From an uncultured cyanobacterium (lineage in GTDB: Bacteria; Cyanobacteriota; Cyanobacteriia; Pseudanabaenales; Pseudanabaenaceae), in assembly GCA_963703315.1 (NCBI GenBank), contig OY969811.1, forward strand, positions 3,840,001-3,904,000: a stretch of 64,000 nucleotides of DNA, in the 5' to 3' direction. How positions within the stretch are numbered: position 1 is the first letter of the stretch; each line of letters begins with the position of its first letter. Shown here piece by piece: positions 50,233 to 61,289 of the stretch. Below the pieces are notes generated by a model. That model worked only from the letters and a program-made list of their open reading frames with translations. It was not told the origin of the DNA and did no database searches. Made by a program: the position numbers and the translations under genes.

Positions 50233-51523
50233 CAATACTACGGACAATTTTCAAAAATGAAACAAAAAAGCTATTCATCGGATAAGGTGCAAGTGTCGAA
50301 ACGAAACACCAAATGAATAGCATGATCGCCATAGTACCGAAGATAGAGAGTAAAATACAACAGAAATTTCTATCAATCCTGTTTTCAACGATCATCGTGA
50401 TGTGCGGGAAGGTAAACTTCATGAATCTAAGTCGCTATAGCGAAATCAGTGAACGCAGCTATCGACGGCAGTTTTCGCGTTCATACAACTTCATCAAAGG
50501 GAACGCAGAGATCATCCAAAGAGCGATTTTGCCAACATCGCGGCAGATCATTGCCACAGACTGCTCATTCATCAGGAAAAGTGGCAAAGCAACCTATGGA
50601 ATCGAGTACTTCTACAACGGGAGTGCAGGAAAAGCTGAAAAAGGATTGGAGGTAGCAGTAGTAGCAGTAGTCGATGTTGATCACAAACAGGGATACGCAC
50701 TATCGGTACAGCAAACGCCACCCGCTCAAGCCGAGAGAACAAGAATTGATTGGTATCTGGAGCAACTAGCAGCCACCAAGACCTATTTCCCAAAATCAGC
50801 CCGACACATCGTTAGTGATGGATTTTATAGCAAAATTAAGTGGGTCGATGGTGTCACTAACTTGGGCTTAGATGCGATTGGCAAGTTACGGTGTGATGCA
50901 GATATGCGTTATGTCTACAGAGGTGAGCAGAAACCTCGTGGTCGAAAACGCAAGTACGATGGCAAGGTAGACTTGACTGATGTCAGTCGCATGACTTTAG
51001 TCTCAGAGATTGAACCAACCCTGTACCTTTACACTGTCGAAGTCTGGGTCGTAAGCATGAAACGTAAAGTCCGTCTTGCTTATATTCGAGACTGCCGTAA
51101 CCCTGAGCGCGTTGGACTGGCTTTGTTGTTCTCCACCGATATCAATCTTGATGCATCGGAAATTCTTTGCTTCTATAAATCTCGTTTTCAAATTGAATTC
51201 ATTTTTCGTGATGCCAAACAGTTTACTGGTTTAGCCGATTGCCAAGCTCGTAATTTGACCAAGCTTGACTTTCATTTCAATGCTTCCTTGATGGCTCTAA
51301 ATCTGGCTAAATTCGATGCTTGGCAAACTCATCTTGCGGCTCATTCTCACAAACCTTTTGTCTTTTCGATGGCGAGTTACAAACGCTTGGCTTTCAATCG
51401 TCATCTCCTTAAACGCTTTATTTCCCTGTTAGATTTAGACCTTACTTCGATTAAATCTCACCCTAATTTCCACAAGCTTTGCTCCTACGGTTCTATTTCT
51501 GACCAACTTTGTCCGTAGTATTG
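50233..51523 (+). mobile_element. 1291-bp DDE IS (IS701/IS4-like), copy 2, inverted relative to copy 1
   Basis: Same TIR; 6-bp TSD ATACGA (50227-32, 51524-29). Confidence 0.92.
50313..51518 (+). CDS. DDE transposase
   Basis: Protein identical to 47814..49019. Confidence 0.92.
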   Translation: MNSMIAIVPKIESKIQQKFLSILFSTIIVMCGKVNFMNLSRYSEISERSYRRQFSRSYNFIKGNAEIIQRAILPTSRQIIATDCSFIRKSGKATYGIEYFYNGSAGKAEKGLEVAVVAVVDVDHKQGYALSVQQTPPAQAERTRIDWYLEQLAATKTYFPKSARHIVSDGFYSKIKWVDGVTNLGLDAIGKLRCDADMRYVYRGEQKPRGRKRKYDGKVDLTDVSRMTLVSEIEPTLYLYTVEVWVVSMKRKVRLAYIRDCRNPERVGLALLFSTDINLDASEILCFYKSRFQIEFIFRDAKQFTGLADCQARNLTKLDFHFNASLMALNLAKFDAWQTHLAAHSHKPFVFSMASYKRLAFNRHLLKRFISLLDLDLTSIKSHPNFHKLCSYGSISDQLCP

Positions 51524-52556
51524 ATACGAAAGACTAAATCCAGAACAAGAAGCAATAATTTATTTGCAGGAAGCATTAATTATCGCCAAGGAGGTGAGTG
51601 ATCGCAGTAGTGAAGGTTTAGCACTTGCTAATCTGGGAAATATGTTGTCTAAAGCAAAGCAATCCGAACTAGCGATTCTCTTTTACAAACAATCAATCAA
51701 TGTCCGTGAAGAGATCCGCAAAGACATCAAAAAACTTGACAGAGATATCCAAAAGTCGTATTTGACCACAGTCGAAAAGACCTATCGCGACCTCGCCGAC
51801 CTCCTCCTCCAACAAAACCGCATCATCGAAGCCCTGCAAGTCCTCGACCTCCTTAAAGTCCAAGAACTCGAAGACTATCTCAAAAACATCAAAGGCAACG
51901 ATAGATCCGCACAGGGAGTCAGACTATTAGCACCAGAACAAGCTCTTAGCGATAAGCTATTAACCATTAGCCCTGACAATAGCCAAGACATAAACAATCA
52001 ACTTGCCAATCAAATCCAACAACTTCCCAAAACCGAAATCAACAAAGTTCCCTACTATCTCAACCAAATCCCGCAGGGAACCGTATTACTCTATCCATTT
52101 ATTTTAGGCGATCGCCTCGAAATCATCCTCTTTGCCCCCAACAACCCACCCATCCGCCGCACCACCACAATCTCCAAAGACCAACTAGAAACCTTAATTA
52201 GTGATTATAGAGTAGGACTCCTTGATCCTAGTTCCGAAGACTTCAAAGAGCCAGCTATCCAACTCTATAACCTCCTGATTAAACCCATCGAAGCCGAACT
52301 CGTTCAATTCAACACCAAAACGATTCTCTATGCACCTGATGGACAACTGCGCTACATCCCCATCGCTGCACTCTATGACGGTAAACAATTGTTAGTTGAG
52401 AAATACCAGATTAGCAACATCATCGCCTATACCCTCTCCGACTTTACACCACAACCCAAAAACTCACCCAACATCCTCGCAGGAGCCTTTGGCGGTAAAG
52501 CAGGCGATCGCAAATTTGGACAAACAGCCTTACCCGCAACCGTCAGAGAAGTTCAA

Positions 52557-54272
52557 CCCACATTCCGCTCGTAATGGAAGGGTAAAATAATTAACTAAAG
52601 GTAAGGCACAAGAGCAAAAAGAGGAGGCAGGTATTAATACAGAGATGAAAGTAACGAACCTAGACCATCTAGGGATCGTGGCAGGAATCATCGACGAGAT
52701 GGGAATCGTGGAAGAAATAAACACGATAATCGGGAGAAGCTCAAGAGAAAAAGTAAGTGCAGGGGTAATTGTCAAAGCCATGCTAATGAATGGATTAGGA
52801 TTTGTATCAGCCCCCCTGTATATGTTTAGTAAATTTTTTGAAGGAAAACCAGCCGAGCACTTATTGGGGGAAGGGATAACAGCCGAACAAATCAATGATG
52901 ACCGCATCGGTAAAGTACTGGATGACTTACATGAAGCAGGACTGAGTGAGACATTTTTAGGAATCAGCCTGAAAGCAGTAGCGAAATACGATGTCAAGGT
53001 AGAAACAGGACATATAGACTCAACCTCATTTCACGTAGATGGGGAATATGGCAGAGAGGAAGAAGGGAGTATCGAAATCACACACGGATATTCACGCGAC
53101 CATCGCCCCGACCTGAAGCAATTTATGATGAACCTGATCTGTGTAGGAGATGGAGACATTCCCGTAATGATGGAAGTGGTAAGTGGAAATCAAGCCGACA
53201 AAGCAAGATTTGCAGGACTATTACAAGAATTCAAAACCCAGTGGACATTTGAGGGAATATGCGTAGGCGATGCAGCGCTATACAGTGAAGAAAATCTGGT
53301 AGCAATGACAGGACTAAAATGGCTAACCCGAGTGCCATTAAGCATCAAAACTGCAAGTGACTTAGTGTCAAGCACAACTGACCTACAAGAAAGTAAATTT
53401 AAGGGATACAGGACAGCCGAAACTGTGAGTGAGTATGGTGGTGTAAGACAGAGATGGATTTTAGTTGATAGCCAAGCAAGACGTAAATCAGACATCAAAA
53501 AGTTAGACAAAAAGCTTGAGCAAGTCCAGCAAAAATGTCATCAAGATTTACACACTTTGGCGGGACAAGATTTTGCCTGTGCTGCTGACGCGATCGCTGC
53601 TGCTGAAAAATTATCAACCAAGATGAAATGGCATCAACTCGACCATATTCAAGCAGTAGAAAAACCACATTATGCGAAACGGGGTAAGCCACAACCTGAT
53701 GCTATACCCACCAGCATTAGTTATCGGATTACTGCAACGGTGATTCCTATAGACTCAGAAATCTTGGCTCAGCAACAGCGTTGTGGCAGGTTTATTTTAG
53801 CCACGAATATTCTTGATTCCTTACAATTCACGGCTGATGATGCTTTACGGGAATACAAGGCTCAGCAGAGCACTGAGCGTGGTTTTCGTTTCCTCAAAGA
53901 TCCTTTGTTTTTTACTTCGAGTGTTTTTCTCAAGTCTGCTAAACGCATTGAGGCTTTGGGCATGATTATGGCACTGTGCTTGCTCGTTTATAATTTAGCC
54001 CAACGTCAACTCAGACTTGCCTTAGCCATCGCTCAAGATACTATTCCTAATCAATTGGGTAAACCCACTAATTCGCCAACTTTGCGTTGGATTTTTCAAT
54101 GTTTTATGGCGGTTCATTTAGTTTCTTTTCAGGGACTCACTCAAGTTGTTAATTTGTCTCCTCTTCGGATTCACATTTTGAATTTCTTTTCTCCCTCCTG
54201 CCAACGCTACTATTTGCTCCCTGCTCCTGTTTCGTAATTGTTTTTTTTCTTCCATTACGAGCGGAATGTGGG
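52557..54272 (+). mobile_element. IS1634-family insertion sequence
   Basis: 24-bp perfect TIR CCCACATTCCGCTCGTAATGGAAG; TSD TTCAA (52552-56, 54273-77). Confidence 0.92.
52645..54237 (+). CDS. IS1634 family transposase
   Basis: LDHLGIVAG (DUF4277), HIDSTSF, GYSRDHRPDLKQF, YKAQQSTERGFRFLKDP. Confidence 0.93.
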   Translation: MKVTNLDHLGIVAGIIDEMGIVEEINTIIGRSSREKVSAGVIVKAMLMNGLGFVSAPLYMFSKFFEGKPAEHLLGEGITAEQINDDRIGKVLDDLHEAGLSETFLGISLKAVAKYDVKVETGHIDSTSFHVDGEYGREEEGSIEITHGYSRDHRPDLKQFMMNLICVGDGDIPVMMEVVSGNQADKARFAGLLQEFKTQWTFEGICVGDAALYSEENLVAMTGLKWLTRVPLSIKTASDLVSSTTDLQESKFKGYRTAETVSEYGGVRQRWILVDSQARRKSDIKKLDKKLEQVQQKCHQDLHTLAGQDFACAADAIAAAEKLSTKMKWHQLDHIQAVEKPHYAKRGKPQPDAIPTSISYRITATVIPIDSEILAQQQRCGRFILATNILDSLQFTADDALREYKAQQSTERGFRFLKDPLFFTSSVFLKSAKRIEALGMIMALCLLVYNLAQRQLRLALAIAQDTIPNQLGKPTNSPTLRWIFQCFMAVHLVSFQGLTQVVNLSPLRIHILNFFSPSCQRYYLLPAPVS

Positions 54273-54845
54273 TTCAAGCGATCGCCAACTCATTTCAAAA
54301 CTCAGTTACCCTCATCGAAGAACAATTTAGTCGTCAAGCCATTGAGTCTAAATTTAAAAACCATAATATTCTCCACCTTGCCACCCATGCCGAATTCAAT
54401 ACAGGTGATCCCGATCAGTCCTTCATCATCTTCGGCAATGGCGACAAAATTCGTCTAGGTGAAATCACCGATTGGCAGATTCCCAATATCGATTTGATTA
54501 TCTTGAGTGCCTGTCAGACAGGAGTAGGGAAACTCGGCAGTGGGGTAGAAATCTTAGGCTTTGGCTATCAAGTCCAAAAAGCTGGCGCAAAACAAGCGAT
54601 CGCCTCGCTTTGGTCAGTCAATGATGAAGGTACTCAAGCCCTCATGGAAGTTTTTTATCGCGAACTAAAAAAAGGCGATGTCACATCCACTGAGGCTTTA
54701 CATAGAGCGCAAGTTTCTCTAATCAAATCACCAAAATATAACCATCCTAATTATTGGTCAGCATTTTTTGCGATCGGTAATGGCTTGTGAGCGATAACTG
54801 CGCAAAAGATTCCATCACTTTTTTCCTAACAACAAATAGCGATCG

Positions 54846-55892
54846 CTATTTGTTGAGTGAATCTAGATACTTTTGCATTTGCTTCACTAATTTATAGAGT
54901 TCAGGTAAGCGACGGAAAATCGCTGAGGCTTTGATGAAGGTTTTGGCATCGATCGCGGGAGTACCAAAGATTTGTAAATCTGCCTCCAAATCATGGCTGA
55001 CACCAGACTGAGCGCGAATCACTGTGCGATCGCCAACTTTAATGTGATTAGCAATACCTGCCTGACCCGCCAGAATCACATTTTTGCCTAGCTTGACCCC
55101 TCCTGCAATTCCCGACTGTCCTGCCATCAGACAATTTTCTGAGAGAATGCAGCCATGACCAATCTGTACCAGATTGTCAATCTTACTACCGCGCCCAATC
55201 CGCGTATCCCCCACTGCACCGCGATCAATCGCTGAATTACAACCAACTTCCACAAAGTCTTCCAATATCGTTCTGCCAACTTGTTGCATTTTGACCCAAC
55301 TACCATCAGCATTCGGCACAAATCCAAATCCTTCTGCCCCAATCACCGCACCACTATGAATGACACAATCACTACCAATTAAACTACGCTCATGGATCAC
55401 GCAATTAGCATGGAGAATCGAGCGATCGCCAATCACTACATCGTGATAAATGGTGACATTAGGATAAATAAAGACATTATTGCCAATCTTCACCCCTGAC
55501 TCAATCACCACGTGGGGAGCGATATAGACATTTTCTCCTAGTTCCACATCTTCGGCAATTACCGCCGTACTATGGATACTTGGTTTAGGCGTTTTTGGTT
55601 GATAGAATAACGTAATCGCCTTCGCAAATAATAATCGTGGCTGGGCGATCGCCAGATGGGGAATTTTTAAAGATTGCACTAGTTGCAATACTTCTGGATC
55701 AGTATTGACTAATAATGCTCCCGCCTTAGTTTCATGTAATTGATTAAAAAAGCGACTACTTTCTAAAAAGCCTAAATCACTAGCAGTTGCTTCCAATAAA
55801 GTTGCCACTCCTGAAATCTCAGGATCACCATTCTCCAAATTCAAACCAGAGCGATCGGCATCAAGAGCAGTAACGAGTTCACTAAATTTCAT
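54846..55892 (-). CDS. lpxD: UDP-3-O-acyl-glucosamine N-acyltransferase
   Basis: Hexapeptide repeats, IGAEGFGF, IDRG, KIDNLVQIGH. Confidence 0.95.
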   Translation of the reverse strand: MKFSELVTALDADRSGLNLENGDPEISGVATLLEATASDLGFLESSRFFNQLHETKAGALLVNTDPEVLQLVQSLKIPHLAIAQPRLLFAKAITLFYQPKTPKPSIHSTAVIAEDVELGENVYIAPHVVIESGVKIGNNVFIYPNVTIYHDVVIGDRSILHANCVIHERSLIGSDCVIHSGAVIGAEGFGFVPNADGSWVKMQQVGRTILEDFVEVGCNSAIDRGAVGDTRIGRGSKIDNLVQIGHGCILSENCLMAGQSGIAGGVKLGKNVILAGQAGIANHIKVGDRTVIRAQSGVSHDLEADLQIFGTPAIDAKTFIKASAIFRRLPELYKLVKQMQKYLDSLNK

Positions 55893-55929
55893 GGTTTGAC
55901 TAGTTAAATTAATTCTCGTGTCAGATTTT

Positions 55930-56146
55930 ATACCAATTCACAAAAGGGTTGGCACACTTTTGTGAATTAAAAACCAAACCCAGTAAGGGTTTTATACCAA
56001 AGAAAGTTTTGCGTAGGACAAAACCCCAGAAATGAGTGGCGGCGCGAAGCGCCGCCACTCATTTCTGGGGTTTTGATTTGTATTAGCGCACTCTTGGTTT
56101 GCTATAAAAGCTAAAAGCGGCGCTATGCGCCGCTTTTAGCTTTTAT
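55930..56146. repeat. cluster of MITE/REP-like palindromes
   Basis: AATTCACAAAAG..CTTTTGTGAATT; AAAACCCCAGAAATGAGTGGCGGCGC-GAA-GCGCCGCCACTCATTTCTGGGGTTTT; TATAAAAGCTAAAAGCGGCGC..GCGCCGCTTTTAGCTTTTATA. Confidence 0.75.
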
Positions 56147-56160
56147 AGACAGATCGGTTT

Positions 56161-56763
56161 TTATGCAGCCGCGAAGTTAGCAGCGACAAAATCCCAATTG
56201 ATCAAGTTTTCAACGAAGTTAGCCATGAAGTTAGGACGGCTATTTTGGAAGTCGAGGTAATAGGCGTGTTCCCAAACATCCATTGTCAACAAAGGAACTT
56301 GTCCTTCATGGACTAGAGGATTTTCAGCGTTAGGAGTTTTGGTGATTTTCAACTTACCGCCTTCAGCAACGAGCCATGCCCAGCCGCTACCAAATTGGGT
56401 TGCACCAGCATTTTTGAATTCGGTCTTAAAGTTATCCAAGCTACCAAAGCTAGCATTAATTGCATCCAACAAAGCACCAGTAGGAGCGCCGCCACCAGCA
56501 GGCTTGATACCATTCCAGTAGAAGGTATGATTCCACACTTGAGCTGCGTTATTGAAGATTCCAGCTTTTCCTTCTTTGTAGCTAATCTTAATGATTTCTT
56601 CTAAAGATTTGTCAGCAAGATCGGTATCTTTAATTAGGTTGTTGAGGTTATCAACATACGCTTTATGGTGCTTACCATAGTGAAAGGATAGGGTCTCAGC
56701 AGACATACCCGAAGCTGCAAGAGCGTCTTGGGCGTAGGGTAAAGGTGGGAGTTCAAATGCCAT
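56161..56763 (-). CDS. sodB: Fe superoxide dismutase
   Basis: HYGKHH, FNNAAQVWNHTFYW, QFGSGWAWL, DVWEHAYY. Confidence 0.95.
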   Translation of the reverse strand: MAFELPPLPYAQDALAASGMSAETLSFHYGKHHKAYVDNLNNLIKDTDLADKSLEEIIKISYKEGKAGIFNNAAQVWNHTFYWNGIKPAGGGAPTGALLDAINASFGSLDNFKTEFKNAGATQFGSGWAWLVAEGGKLKITKTPNAENPLVHEGQVPLLTMDVWEHAYYLDFQNSRPNFMANFVENLINWDFVAANFAAA

Positions 56764-56946
56764 TGTTGTTTAACCTTTTAAAGTTTGAAGTGATTTCTTA
56801 GCTTTAAGTATTGTTACGATTATAAGCTAGATCGTAAAGCGTAGTCACTGTTACAACTTTATATTTTAGCGATCGCCATTCGTAAATCCCACATCCATAG
56901 GGCGATCGATCTTCGTAGATTAGATGAGAGCAATTAAGAGTCCTAC

Positions 56947-57486
56947 ATGAAAAAAAGAGATCTGTTAATAACTGGAGCAGCCTTCCTTGGTAGCGCAGGA
57001 CTATTCCAATTTTGGCGATCGCAATCTCCAAGTTCTCCATCCATAGATCCAGCGATCGCCGTAGACTTAGATATAGACAAAACTAAAGCAACCAAGAAAT
57101 ATCAAATTATGAAGACTGAAGATGAATGGAAACAGATCCTTACGCCTGAGCAATTTAAGGTTTTACGAAAGCATGGCACTGAGCGAGCTTTTACTAGCCC
57201 CTTAGATAAGGAATATAGCAAAGGTACTTATAACTGTTCAGGCTGCGATCTACCATTGTTCACCTCCGACACCAAATTTAATAGTGGTACTGGCTGGCCT
57301 AGCTTTTTTCAACCCATTGAAGGAGCGATCGCCACAACTATCGATAAGTCATTATTTATGCAGCGTATCGAAGTGCATTGCAGTCGCTGTGGTGGTCATT
57401 TAGGTCATGTTTTTAATGATGGTCCCAAACCCACAGGGCAACGCTACTGTATGAACGGAGTTTCTCTAAAGTTCATTCCTGCTTAA
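56947..57486 (+). CDS. msrB: peptide-methionine (R)-S-oxide reductase with Tat-like signal
   Basis: KKRDLL signal; [29 protein letters not shown]. Confidence 0.95.
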   Translation: MKKRDLLITGAAFLGSAGLFQFWRSQSPSSPSIDPAIAVDLDIDKTKATKKYQIMKTEDEWKQILTPEQFKVLRKHGTERAFTSPLDKEYSKGTYNCSGCDLPLFTSDTKFNSGTGWPSFFQPIEGAIATTIDKSLFMQRIEVHCSRCGGHLGHVFNDGPKPTGQRYCMNGVSLKFIPA

Positions 57487-57528
57487 AACAAAAACTAAAA
57501 GAGATTGGCGATGCATCGCCAATCTCTT

Positions 57529-59556
57529 TTAGTTACGCTGTTCTATTCCATTTTGAACATTAGTTACATTGGATGGTGGGCGCGTCCAGTTAAAATCACT
57601 AATCCTGAGTAAGAATTCTCCCAAACCCTGATTAGGATTGTATCGAATCACTACAGAATAAGTCCGCCTTGCATATTCTAAGGAATATACCGAGTCATAT
57701 AAGTTACCAGTATCTAAATTCCAACTTTGTTGAATACCAATACGAATCGGTCCATAAATTTGTTGGACGATACCTGCTGTCAGCGATCGCGTATCAGCCA
57801 CACGATCAAAGAAAAATGGTGATTTACCACTAGAAAATGCTTGGGTATAGCTAATATTGAAACCAGTATAGTCAAGAACATCCTTAACAAAATGACCAAC
57901 TTCCCCAGATAATCCCACAGTTCCAAACAACACAGCTTGGTTAGCTCCATTGGAATAGAGAGAGTTTACAGCCTGTGCGCCTAAAAAAGCATCTAGCTTT
58001 GGCACAATTGGTTTGGGAGAGAATCTCAAACCTGTTTCTTTCTCGGCTGGTGCTGGTTCGCCACGCCAAAGCGGAATGGAACGACTGAGAGCAGCAGCAC
58101 CTTGCCAACGCACTAATGTACCAACAGCAACAGGTTGGATATCATCTCGTACCGCCCCAACCATCTGCAAAGAAGTTTGGTAATTAAAGGAGATTTGGGA
58201 ATCACCAAGTACATAATTAGGAGAGATTAAAGTTGTTCCTAAAAGGTTATTGACATCCTGAAATCCTAGCGAGCCATTGTAAACCTGATCCCGAAAAGCA
58301 TATTGCGAAATCAGCGTATGGTTGCCAAACACGGGAATCTGATAAGTGGCATTAGCACGTAATACCGACTCCAGTTTTGTAAAGTCTAAACCTGAGAGAC
58401 TAGCTCTAGCGGATAATTTATGTCCATTATCAAAAGCACCATTTAAGGTGGCAACTATCCCAAAAAGATCAAATGCTGCTAGTCCTTTCTGACTCGTAAA
58501 TGCTCTTTCGAGGAGTAATTGGGGTGATAGCTGCACACTTAAGTTAGGCTGCGTAACCACATCAAAACTCTGCTGATAGAAAATACCATCGCGATCGCGG
58601 CGATCTACACCTAACAAAGCAGGCGAGAAGCGCTGGAAGCGGTCAATGATGACGCTATTGATCGGTAATGGCAACGAAAAGCCCTGATCAAAAACAATGA
58701 TGGGAGATTCGAGTTCAAGGCGGTTTTGGGTAGGAGAAATTGGCGTTAATGTCGCTTTACTCGTCACTAACTCTAATTCGGGAGGCGTAAAAGGATCGTT
58801 GGTAACGCGCAAATTTTCGGCTGTCCAATAATCTCCGTCAATTATTAAGCGATCAGCAATAAATCCCAAACGCCGCACTTGTCCATCAGCCGAGTTATTT
58901 GAGCCAAGAATGGAGACAGTAACTGAGTTAGCGGCAGTTTCTGAGGGGGATTTTGCTACTTCCGAACTGTTTAAAGTACCTAAGTCAACTGAACCTGAAG
59001 CCTTAAGAAGCTCACCTTTTACAGTGCCATAGTTGTAAGTAAGTTTTGTGCCACGAATTTTTTGATCTCCACGTGTAAAAAATACGTTGCCTTCGGCTAC
59101 AACCTCTTGGGTTTGCGTATTCATTTGAACACGATCAGCCTTTAGTTCTGACTTTTTGTAAGTGATCACTACATTTCCTTCAGCGACAAACACCTGAGTA
59201 TTAATGTCATACTCTTGGCGATCGCCAACTACAACAGCCTTGTCACCAACCCGTGGTGGCGGCACTGGACGAGGCTTGTCGTTGGGTTTGGGCTTGGGTA
59301 GACTATTTGGCTTGATTGGTCCCGCTTGGGCAATCAAGTTCAACTTAATCATCTGACGCGACAGTGTATTGGGATCAGGCAACTTTTCTAAAAAAAGCTC
59401 CAGTTGCGATCGCACCTTAAGCGGCAACTCCGCAGATGATCTCACAGCACGACTGCTCGGCGTAGGCATTAACGACGACGCTTGCTTAGGAGTCTGTCGC
59501 ACCTCTGCATAGGTGCTAGGCGACAGTTGTAGTGAAGGTGGTGGTAAAGATTCCAT
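57529..59556 (-). CDS. LptD/OstA-like DUF3769 outer-membrane protein
   Basis: OstA-like AEGNV repeats, TNDPF.PPEL, C-terminal RISDFNW. Confidence 0.8.
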   Translation of the reverse strand: MESLPPPSLQLSPSTYAEVRQTPKQASSLMPTPSSRAVRSSAELPLKVRSQLELFLEKLPDPNTLSRQMIKLNLIAQAGPIKPNSLPKPKPNDKPRPVPPPRVGDKAVVVGDRQEYDINTQVFVAEGNVVITYKKSELKADRVQMNTQTQEVVAEGNVFFTRGDQKIRGTKLTYNYGTVKGELLKASGSVDLGTLNSSEVAKSPSETAANSVTVSILGSNNSADGQVRRLGFIADRLIIDGDYWTAENLRVTNDPFTPPELELVTSKATLTPISPTQNRLELESPIIVFDQGFSLPLPINSVIIDRFQRFSPALLGVDRRDRDGIFYQQSFDVVTQPNLSVQLSPQLLLERAFTSQKGLAAFDLFGIVATLNGAFDNGHKLSARASLSGLDFTKLESVLRANATYQIPVFGNHTLISQYAFRDQVYNGSLGFQDVNNLLGTTLISPNYVLGDSQISFNYQTSLQMVGAVRDDIQPVAVGTLVRWQGAAALSRSIPLWRGEPAPAEKETGLRFSPKPIVPKLDAFLGAQAVNSLYSNGANQAVLFGTVGLSGEVGHFVKDVLDYTGFNISYTQAFSSGKSPFFFDRVADTRSLTAGIVQQIYGPIRIGIQQSWNLDTGNLYDSVYSLEYARRTYSVVIRYNPNQGLGEFLLRISDFNWTRPPSNVTNVQNGIEQRN

Positions 59557-59677
59557 ACAACATTAAGTCTACAGGATCTTTCGCTGACATGAAAAGGAGT
59601 AGATCGCTTAAAACCCAAAAAGAGAGTAGCGGCGCTTTGCGCCGCTACTCTCTTTTTGGGTTTATGCCACAACTAAG

Positions 59678-60832
59678 TTAGTTGCGAATTTGGACAGGCA
59701 TCAGTAAATAAGTCATTTTAGTTGCCCCAATTGGCACAAGTACCGCAGGGCTAGTGGGATTATTTAACTGAATTTGAATTTCATTACTAGGTAAAGCCTT
59801 TAACCCATCAAGCAAATATTTAACGTTGAAAGCAATTTCTACATCTTCACCCGACACTTGAGCAGGCAATGATTCACGCCCTGCGGCAACGTCAGGAGCT
59901 TCGACAGAGAGCGAGATTTCTTGTCCTGTTGAGTCAATGGAGATTTTGACAATGTTATTTTTTTGGTCAGCCAAAACCGCAATACGCTCTAGAGCCGAGA
60001 GAAATAATTTGCGCTCTAAGGTCACTTGACGCTCAAAGCGGTTGGGTATCAGTTGGCGATAGTTGGGGTAAGTGCCATCCAGCAGACGTGAAATCAAGAT
60101 TTGGTTAGCACTTTGGAAAATCATGTTAGCGCGATCAAACTTCACGGCGATCGCCCCTTCAGTCTGTTGGTTGAGCATTCGCTCTAGTTCACGGAGCGCT
60201 CTTGCGGGAATTGTGACTTCCAGATTTGTAGTCACTGTATCGCCCGTCACAGGTGGCTCATCGGCATCTAAAAATCCTGTTTGCACCACTGACAAGCGAT
60301 GTCCATCGGTTGCTGCAAACTCTAGGCGATCGCCACTAGCGGTAAGATGCACGCCCGTCAGAATTCTCTTAGTTTCATCAGCCGAAGTTGCAAACAGCGT
60401 TGAGGCTAAACCACTCAGCATCGACTCCACAGGCAAATAGGTTGTTTCACCATCTTCCCCGATTTGAGGTAGCTCAGGAAACTCCTCAACAGGTAAACCA
60501 TGCAACTGATAACGACCCGAACCACAGACAATCGAAACCATCGTATTGTCCTTGTCTACGGTGATGGTGATGTCCTCATCAGGAAGCCGCGAAACAATGT
60601 CGTTGAGTAGTTTTGCAGGCAAAGTGATTGATCCCGCCTCTACCACTTCCGCAGGAAAGGAAACTTGAATACCCAAATTCAGATCAAAAGCAGTCATCCC
60701 AAGACTTTGACTAGAGCCATCAGCATCAATTCGGATATTTGCCAAAATTGGGTGCGTAGGACGAGATGCGACAGCACGACCGACAAGGGCAAGGTTAGCA
60801 GCAAGTTGGTTTTGAGGACAGACTAATCGCAT
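59678..60832 (-). CDS. dnaN: DNA polymerase III beta sliding clamp
   Basis: RPTHPILAN, AATDGHRL, GTYPNYRQLIP, IAFNVKYL, YLLMPVQ. Confidence 0.97.
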   Translation of the reverse strand: MRLVCPQNQLAANLALVGRAVASRPTHPILANIRIDADGSSQSLGMTAFDLNLGIQVSFPAEVVEAGSITLPAKLLNDIVSRLPDEDITITVDKDNTMVSIVCGSGRYQLHGLPVEEFPELPQIGEDGETTYLPVESMLSGLASTLFATSADETKRILTGVHLTASGDRLEFAATDGHRLSVVQTGFLDADEPPVTGDTVTTNLEVTIPARALRELERMLNQQTEGAIAVKFDRANMIFQSANQILISRLLDGTYPNYRQLIPNRFERQVTLERKLFLSALERIAVLADQKNNIVKISIDSTGQEISLSVEAPDVAAGRESLPAQVSGEDVEIAFNVKYLLDGLKALPSNEIQIQLNNPTSPAVLVPIGATKMTYLLMPVQIRN

Positions 60833-61289
60833 AGTTCTAAGTTTCTAAGAGAATTTTCTAAACTGAGTGACGAAGTTGAAGAGTTAGAGATAAATTTTGC
60901 ATGAAGCTCATGCAGTCGTATTGAGGTTTCTGGGTTTGAGCTGATGTATTAACAACCCTAGAAAATATTAGCTAAATTCTTCTCAAAATTGCTTTTAAAA
61001 ATTGGACTTTACAAATTGGACTTTTAGGTGAGGAGAAATTCATGGGGAAAATTGCAGAGGTTTCAAAAATCGGAAATCTTAAATTTTTGATTGAACTTTT
61101 GGAAAATGAATAATATATAAAAACACTTAAAAAATATTTTCGGCGTTAAAGCTTTGAAGCAGGATTTTCAAAAATAACTTTTCAACAACGGCTCGTTAGT
61201 TTTTTGATTTGTGGAAGCCAATCATATCATCGTTGGAAATTTTTAAACGACAAAAAATCCAATTCCTATTTTCAGTTTTTTTTCGTTCA

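Larger units (their letters stand above)
49370..54790 (+). pseudogene. TPR + CHAT (caspase-like) domain protein interrupted by two IS elements
   Basis: TPR array; CHAT dyad ILHLATH / LSACQTG; removing both ISs and one TSD each gives a 2403-nt ORF (800 aa). Confidence 0.9.

Noticed and set aside
48141..53692. Several 60-155 aa ORFs overlapping the transposases
   Set aside because: Shadow frames duplicated with the IS copies; no motifs.
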